Origin: Chiloscyllium plagiosum
Taxonomy: Eukaryota
DNA length: 26,502 nt
Direction: 5' to 3'
Assembly (NCBI RefSeq): GCF_004010195.1
Contig: NC_057720.1
Span: 34,961,992 to 34,988,493 of the forward strand
In this document: in pieces, positions 20,626 to 26,502 of the stretch
Numbering within the stretch: position 1 is the first letter of the stretch
How the letters are laid out: every line of letters starts with the position of its first letter
Program-made: the position numbers and the translations under genes
The notes under the pieces: model-generated
The model's input: the letters and a program-made list of their open reading frames with translations, nothing else
The model's database searches: none
Told to the model about the DNA's origin: nothing

Positions 20626-20749
20626 TAAAAGTGGACTCTGCTAATGCAGTAATTAATTTCTAGGCCACAGTCTTAACTCATGGATTGACATCATTGAGGT
20701 AAACAAAGCAATTATCCCCAAAAAAGTAAAACTTCCTTCATACAAATAA

Positions 20750-20910
20750 TAAAGGAAAAATACAGTTGATGCTGGAAATTTGAAATAAAAACAGAAATTG
20801 CTGGAGAAATTCAACAAATCTGGCAGCATTGTGGGGAGAGTAACAGAATTAATGTTTTCAGTCTGGTATGACTCTTCTGAACTCTATTTCTCTCTCCACA
20901 GATGCTGCTA
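20750..20910. mobile_element. Old inverted Penelope-like remnant
   Basis: GCAGCAT-TGTGGGGAGAG (20823-20840) versus CTCTCTCCACAGATGCTGC (20890-20908); homologous to 7325-7418. Confidence 0.7.
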
Positions 20911-21410
20911 AAATTTTCTTCATCGTGTATGATCAAATTGACTTAGAGTCATAGAGGTATACAGCAATGGAAACAGATCTTTCAATTCAACTTGTCCATG
21001 CCAACCAGACATCTTATATAAATCTAGTCCCATTTGCCAGTATTTGGCTCATATCCCTCTAAACCCTTCCTATTGATATACCCATCCAGATGCCTTTTAA
21101 ATGTTGCAATTGTACAAGCCTCCACCATTTTCGCTGGCAGGTTATTCCATACACTCACACTAGCTGCGTGAAAAAGTTCCCTTTTAAATCTTTTCTCTCT
21201 CCCTAAACTTGTGCCATCTGATTTTGGACTCCCTGACACCAGTGAAAAAACCTTGTCTATCTACCATATTCATGCCCTTTATCGAACTCTTACTGAAGTC
21301 CATACAGATCATGCCCACTATTCCACCTTCATCAATCCTCTTCGTTATTTCTTCAAAAAACTCCATCAGGCTAAATGGACATGATTTCTCAAGCACAAAG
21401 TCACCTTGAC

Positions 21411-21463
21411 GTGTTCCTCGGATGCTGCCTGAACTGCTGTGCTCTTCTAGCACCACTAATCCA
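21411..21463 (+). mobile_element. About 53-bp Penelope-like fragment inside CR1
   Basis: GATGCTGCCTGAACTGCTGTGCTCTTCTAGCACCACTAATCCAG matches 19645-19688; absent from the homologous CR1 near 25890; no clear TSD. Confidence 0.8.
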
Positions 21464-21877
21464 GATCCCTGATCAGTCCTTGCCTTTCCAAATACATGTA
21501 AATCTTGTCCCTCAGGATTCCCCCCAATTTGCCCACCGACGTCAGGCTCATTGGTTTATATTTCCTTGGCTTTTCCTTGTCACCTTTTTAAAATAGTGGC
21601 ACCACTTTAGCCAACTTCCAGCCTTCCAGCACATCAATGATACAAATATCACAACAAGGGACCCAGCAATCATTCCCCCAGCTGCCCACAGAATTCTAGA
21701 GTACACCTAATCAGGTCCCAGGATCTAGCCACCTTTATGTGTTTTCAGACATCCAGCACTTTCTCCTCTGTAATATGGACGTTTCAAGATGTCGTTATTT
21801 ATTTCCCTACATTCTCTATCTTCCATATCCTTCTCCACAATAAACACTGATGCAAAATACTCGTTTAGTATCACCCC

Positions 21878-22817
21878 TGTGAGATATTGCGTTATGAGAT
21901 ATTGTGTTATAGATTGTTATCTTTAATAACTCACTCCCCAACTCGCTATATTCATTAATACTGGGTTCCCGTTCATTCATTCATAACCCTCTACTAAACT
22001 GTTATTTACAGTAACACGGTTTCATTCACTTATTCATTCATAAAACCGTGGTTCTAAAGTATATTTTACTATCCAAATTTAAAAACAACCCTTTCAAACC
22101 TATTTCTGCATTTCCACATTTTATCAGCCCCTGCTACAAGCAGTATTTGCCTTTAAATAAGTGTAGCATGCAGAACAATACCATCCCCATCATGTCTCCA
22201 TGAAACATTATAATATTAATCAGCCCTTACCAACCATCTCCTGGACCTGAATAGATTAAGTAGCTGTTAAATACCTTTTAACTGGGCCATTATCCCTTTA
22301 AGAAACTAACTGACCAAACAGCGTTTCCATGAATGAATGAAACTCATTCCAGAAAATAGTAAATAAATATCACAACTCAGCTGTAGTAATCCGTTTAATA
22401 TCCTTTATTCTTTTATTAAGAATGAGTACAATTTTTTTACTTTTTTAGAGCATATAGGCCTAGCATTTTAACTAATATTTATTAACTTAAAAGACAAAAG
22501 GACTAACACTTCCTAATTATGCAAGCAGACTGGACAGATGCCCCATCAGAAGTAGCAGACAGCACTTAGCACATGATTTACCCAGTCTCCTGTCTCCCAG
22601 GACAAAGCCCTTCAAGCCTTGTGTACTAGGAGATTAAAAAATGTAACACCATAGTAATGGAATTTTAATATATGTAAGAACCATGTATAAAAGGGACCTT
22701 GTGAGAACTCTGTTTCAAGATTCTATTGCAGCCTCAAACTTGTGCTGTGATTCCTGGATAAAAGAGGTTATTTTTGCCACTCACTGATGACGGTCGAAAT
22801 TTGAACACAATCCCACA
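21878..22817 (+). mobile_element. Solo LTR (940 bp; Gypsy or ERV type)
   Basis: TGTGAGAT..ATCCCACA ends (7/8 inverted), CCCC/CCCG flanks, TATAAAAG at 22686 and GATAAA at 22757; cleanly splits the CR1. Confidence 0.8.
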
Positions 22818-22904
22818 CCCCGATTTCCTACTGTTCCATATATAGGCAGCCTTGCTGATCTTTAAGTGCCCCTATTCTCTCTATAGTTACCCTTTTGTTG
22901 CTAA

Positions 22905-22947
22905 ATTAAAAATCACACAACACCAGATTATAGTCCAACAGGTTTAA
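22905..22947. mobile_element. 43-bp Penelope-like fragment with 10-bp TSD
   Basis: TTGTTGCTAA at 22895-22904 and 22948-22957; the insert matches 7654-7695. Confidence 0.85.
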
Positions 22948-23667
22948 TTGTTGCTAATGTATTTGTAGAATCTCTTTGGATTCTCCTTACCCTATTTGCC
23001 AAAACTACTTCATGTCTCCTTTTTGCTGTCCTAATTTCCCTCTTAAGTATACTTCTATTGCATTTAAAGTTTTCTCACTCGATTTCTGCTGTCTATACCT
23101 GACATATGCGTCCTTCTTATTCAAGACCAAATAAATTAGGTTTTGCTGTTAATTGGAAACAATATTCAGGCAAGGAAAGATTTAAATAAATTCAAACATA
23201 TTAAGTACAGTCTACATGTTCTAAAAACAAAATATGTTTCCTCATATAAGAACGCAAAAGCATTTTGTATTTTAAATACAAAGAAATCATCATGATTAAA
23301 ATGTAAGTTTTAATATCAGAAATTACTTTGCTTTTGATAATGAAAACAACTCGGTTAGCCATTTATTTGGTAGAATATTAGACTCTGAGGTGCTTGACGA
23401 TGTCAAATCTGTTGAAGCCCCCTGACTTAGTAACGTGCGATTGGTTAACTTGCCAACAAACTTTTGCATCAACATGTCAACAAAATTGTCCATTACATTG
23501 AGGCATCAAAGTTTTCAGAAACTATTGAAGCTGAACTAACAATGAAAGGAAGACCAGAATGAGTGGATGCTTGTTGACTGCATGACTATTCTAGTAGCAG
23601 CCTCCCGCCTTAATTTTCAGTACAGTATGTATTGTTAATGTGGAGCTCCTTATCAAGGACCAAGAAT

Positions 23668-23990
23668 TAGTAAGTTTTCAAATGACATAAAAACTGGAGG
23701 TGTAATGGGATAGCGAAGAAGGTTACCTCAGATTACAATGGGATCTTGATCAGATGGGCCAATGGGCTGACTTTAATTTAGATCAATGCAAGATGCTGCA
23801 TTTTGAGAAAGCAAATCTTAGCAGGACTTATACACGTAATGGTAAGGTCCTAGGGAGTGATGAACAAAGAGACCTTGGAGTACAGGTCCATAACTCTTTG
23901 AAGGTAGAGTTGCAGTTAGATAGGACAGTGAAGGTGGTGTTTGGCATGCTTCTCTTTATTGGTCAGAGTATTGAATACAGGAGATGGGCA
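23668..23990 (+). mobile_element. CR1 RT/post-RT fragment
   Basis: EEGYLRLQWDLDQMGQWA..EQRDLGVQVHNSLKVE; a diverged duplicate of about 26255-26502. Confidence 0.92.
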
Positions 23991-24104
23991 TACCTTGTAG
24001 AGAAGGTGCAAAACTTGACTTACTCTTGGGAAATAAGGCAAGGCAGGTAACAGAGGTGTCAGTGGGGGAGTACTTTGGGGCCAGCGACCATTAGTTTTAA
24101 AATA

Positions 24105-24952
24105 CAGAGAAATCTCAATTATCCGAACAAGATAGGCAGGCACTATTTCAATCGGATAATTGATTATTCAGTTAATTGATTTCCTCTGGGGTTTGGAGTT
24201 TTCTGTGAAGTCTGCCCTCCATTCAGGAGATTAGGCAAAAGCACATCATGCGCAAATCACCATCCCCCATCTGCGACCAACTCCCCCAACCCCGTTCGCT
24301 CCCACTATGCCCCACCGCCTGCCCCAACCCCATACGCTCCCACCCCTACCCCAGCCCACCCCAACCCCCACCCATCAGCGCCCCCCCACCCTTCCTCAAA
24401 CCCACAACCCTGCACCACCCGTCCATCCCCACCAACTGTCTGACGCCCCCATCCGCATCCCTGCTCCCTTTCCAATCCACCCCCACCTCCACCCCACCCC
24501 GTCAGTTCCCCGTCCAGGGCAGCCGAACTGTAGACCAACAAGACTTCAGCTGCCTTTGTGGGATAAGTCTCCAAATAGCGCCTGCGCGTGCGCGGACACA
24601 TACACACACACACAAACGTTTTGACAGGTTGCACCGCTGCCCTGTACAGGACAATGCTGGAGAAACTATCAGGGGAAGGGGGGTTTAGGGTTCTCCCCTG
24701 TGTAGAACTCCAGGGAAAGTGTGGGGGTAGAGAGAGAGGAGGCAGCAGGTCAGTCATTTAGAGACGGTGCCTGGACTGTCCAGGACTGTTCTTGGCAGCA
24801 TTTCAGTGAGCCGAATTCGTTTTTAATCATTGTACCCATAAACAAAAGACGCAGTCAGGGCTGAAACACCTCTTTGACATAACGTTTCTATCAGGACATT
24901 CAGATAATCCAATATTCAGATAATTGATCTTCGGATAATCGAGGTTCCTCTG
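24105..24952. mobile_element. Non-autonomous Tc1/mariner (Tigger/pogo-like) DNA transposon, 848 bp
   Basis: TIRs CAGAGAAATCTCAATTATCCGAA / CAGAGGAACCTCGATTATCCGAA (20/23); TA duplication at 24103-04 and 24953-54; CR1 resumes seamlessly. Confidence 0.9.
24262..24512 (+). repeat. C-rich low-complexity tract
   Basis: Dense runs of CCC/CCCC; source of the Pro-rich and Gly-rich ORFs. Confidence 0.9.
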
Positions 24953-26502
24953 TAGTGATGTAAAAAGATAGACCAGATCTAAAAGTTGAAGTTCTAAATT
25001 GGAGAAAGGCCAATTTTGATGGTATTAGGCAAGAAGTTTCAAAAGCTGATTGGGTAAATGTTCACAGGTAAATGGACGGCTGGAAAATGGGAAGCCTTCA
25101 GAAATGTGATAACAAGAATCCAGAGACAGTACATTTCTGTTAGAGTGAAAGGAAAAGCTAGTAGATATAGAGAATGCTGGATGACTAAAGAAATTGAGGA
25201 TTTGATCAAGAAAAAAAAGGAAGCATATGTCAGGTATAGACAGGATAGATCGAGTGAATCCTTCGAAGAGTACAAATGTAGTAGGAGTATACTTAAGAGG
25301 GAAGTCAGGAGAGCAAAAAGGGGACATGAGATAGCTTTGGCAAATAGAATTAAGGAGAATCCAAAGGGCTTTTAGAAATGCATTAAGGACAAAAGGGTAA
25401 CTGGGGAGAAAATAGGGCCCCTCAAAGATCAACAAGGCAGCTTTTGTGTGGAGCTGCAGGAGATGGGAGAGATACTAAATGAGTATTTTGCATGGAAAAG
25501 AACATGGTAGATATAAAATGTAGGGAAATAGATGGTGACATCTTGAAAAATGTCCATATGACAGAGGAGGAAGTGCTGGATGTCTTGAAACGCAGAAAAG
25601 TGGATAAATCCCCAGGACCTGATCAGGTGTACCCCAGATCTCTGTGGGAAGCTAAGGAAGTGACTGTTGAGCCTCTTACTGGGGTATTTGCATCATCGAT
25701 AGTCACAGGTGAGGTGCCTGAAGACTGAGGGTTGGCTAACGTGGTGCCACTGTTTAAGAAAGGTGGTAAGAACAATCCAGGGAACTATAGACTGGTGAGC
25801 CTGACATAAGTGGTGGGCAAGTTGTTGGAGGGAATCCTGAGGGACAGGATGTACATGTACTCTATTTGAAAAGGCAAGGACTGATTAGGGATAGTCAACT
25901 TGGCTTTGTCCATGGGAAATCATGTCTCACAAACTTGATTGTGTTTTTTGAAGAAGTAACAAAGAGGATTGATGAGGGCAGGGCAGTAGATGTGATCTGT
26001 ATGGACTTCAGTAAGGCGTTCGACAAGGTTTCCCATGGGAGACTAGTTCACAAAGTTAGATCTCATGGAATACAGGGATAACTCGCCATTTGGATAGAGA
26101 ACTGGCTCAAAGGTAGAAGACAGAGGGTGGTGGTGGAGGGTTGTTTTTCAGACTGGAGGCCTGTGACCAGTGGAGTGCCACAAGGATCGGTGCTGGCTCC
26201 ACTGCATTTCGTCATTATATAATTGATTTGGATGTGAGCATAAGAGGTATAGATTGCAAGTTTGCTGATGACACCAAAATTGGAGGTGTAGTGGACAGGA
26301 AAGAAAGTTACCTCAGATTACAACGGGATCTTTATCAGATGGGCCAATGGGCTGAGAAGTGGCAGATGGAGTTTGATTTGGTAAATGCAAGGCGCTGCAT
26401 TTTGGGAAAGCAAATCTTAGCAGGACTTACACACTTAATGGTAAGGTCCTAGGGAGTGTTGCTGAACAAAGAGACCTTGGAGTGCAGGTTCATAGCTCCT
26501 TG

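Larger units (their letters stand above)
20944..23130 (-). mobile_element. CR1 LINE with an internal deletion and three nested insertions
   Basis: 3' end at 20944 joined at about 21280 directly to the RT region (MEFFEEITKRIDEGG..CMDFSK); continues either side of the LTR; homologous to about 25200-26030. Confidence 0.9.
23991..26502 (+). mobile_element. Long 5'-truncated CR1 ORF2 (end of endonuclease through RT), pseudogenised; runs off the window
   Basis: GEYFGASDH (EN end), [58 protein letters not shown]; multiple stops and frameshifts. Confidence 0.96.

Noticed and set aside
22784..22800. CTGATGA-CGGTC-GAAA hammerhead-like motif in the LTR
   Set aside because: Only 5 nt between the core boxes with no stem II pairing and no convincing stems I or III; likely chance
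23362..23424. Possible terminal exon (DSEVLDDVKSVEAP*) continuing the micro-exon chain
   Set aside because: Phase fits, but the acceptor lacks a pyrimidine tract and has a competing AG just upstream
24248..24757. Pro-rich and Gly-rich ORFs (105-150 aa)
   Set aside because: By-products of the C-rich tract inside the MITE, where stop codons are rare
1..26502. CRISPR array, operon or other prokaryotic system
   Set aside because: No regularly spaced repeats or dense ORFs; content is vertebrate retroelement-rich DNA

Overview
AT-rich, repeat-dense vertebrate genomic DNA. The repeat families (CR1/HER1-type LINEs, HE1 V-SINEs, a Deu-type SINE) point to a cartilaginous fish, most likely a shark; this is recognition from memory, not a database search. 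Roughly half or more of the window is decayed transposable elements: many CR1 fragments, an older L2/CR1-clade LINE, tRNA-derived SINEs, two solo LTRs and a TA-flanked Tigger/pogo-type MITE. Almost all listed ORFs are TE remnants or chance frames. Two signals stand out. (1) A set of short Penelope-like-element-derived insertions flanked by 10-15 bp target-site duplications, several arranged as inverted repeats and several carrying minimal hammerhead ribozyme cores (CUGANGA-A-stemII-GAAA-palindromic stem III). The best preserved (19400-19728) also looks circularly permuted, like a retrozyme. (2) A chain of phase-compatible micro-exons on the + strand (7512-20209) that could encode the N-terminus of an unidentified helical protein; this model is speculative. 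No rRNA, true tRNA gene or CRISPR array is supported.
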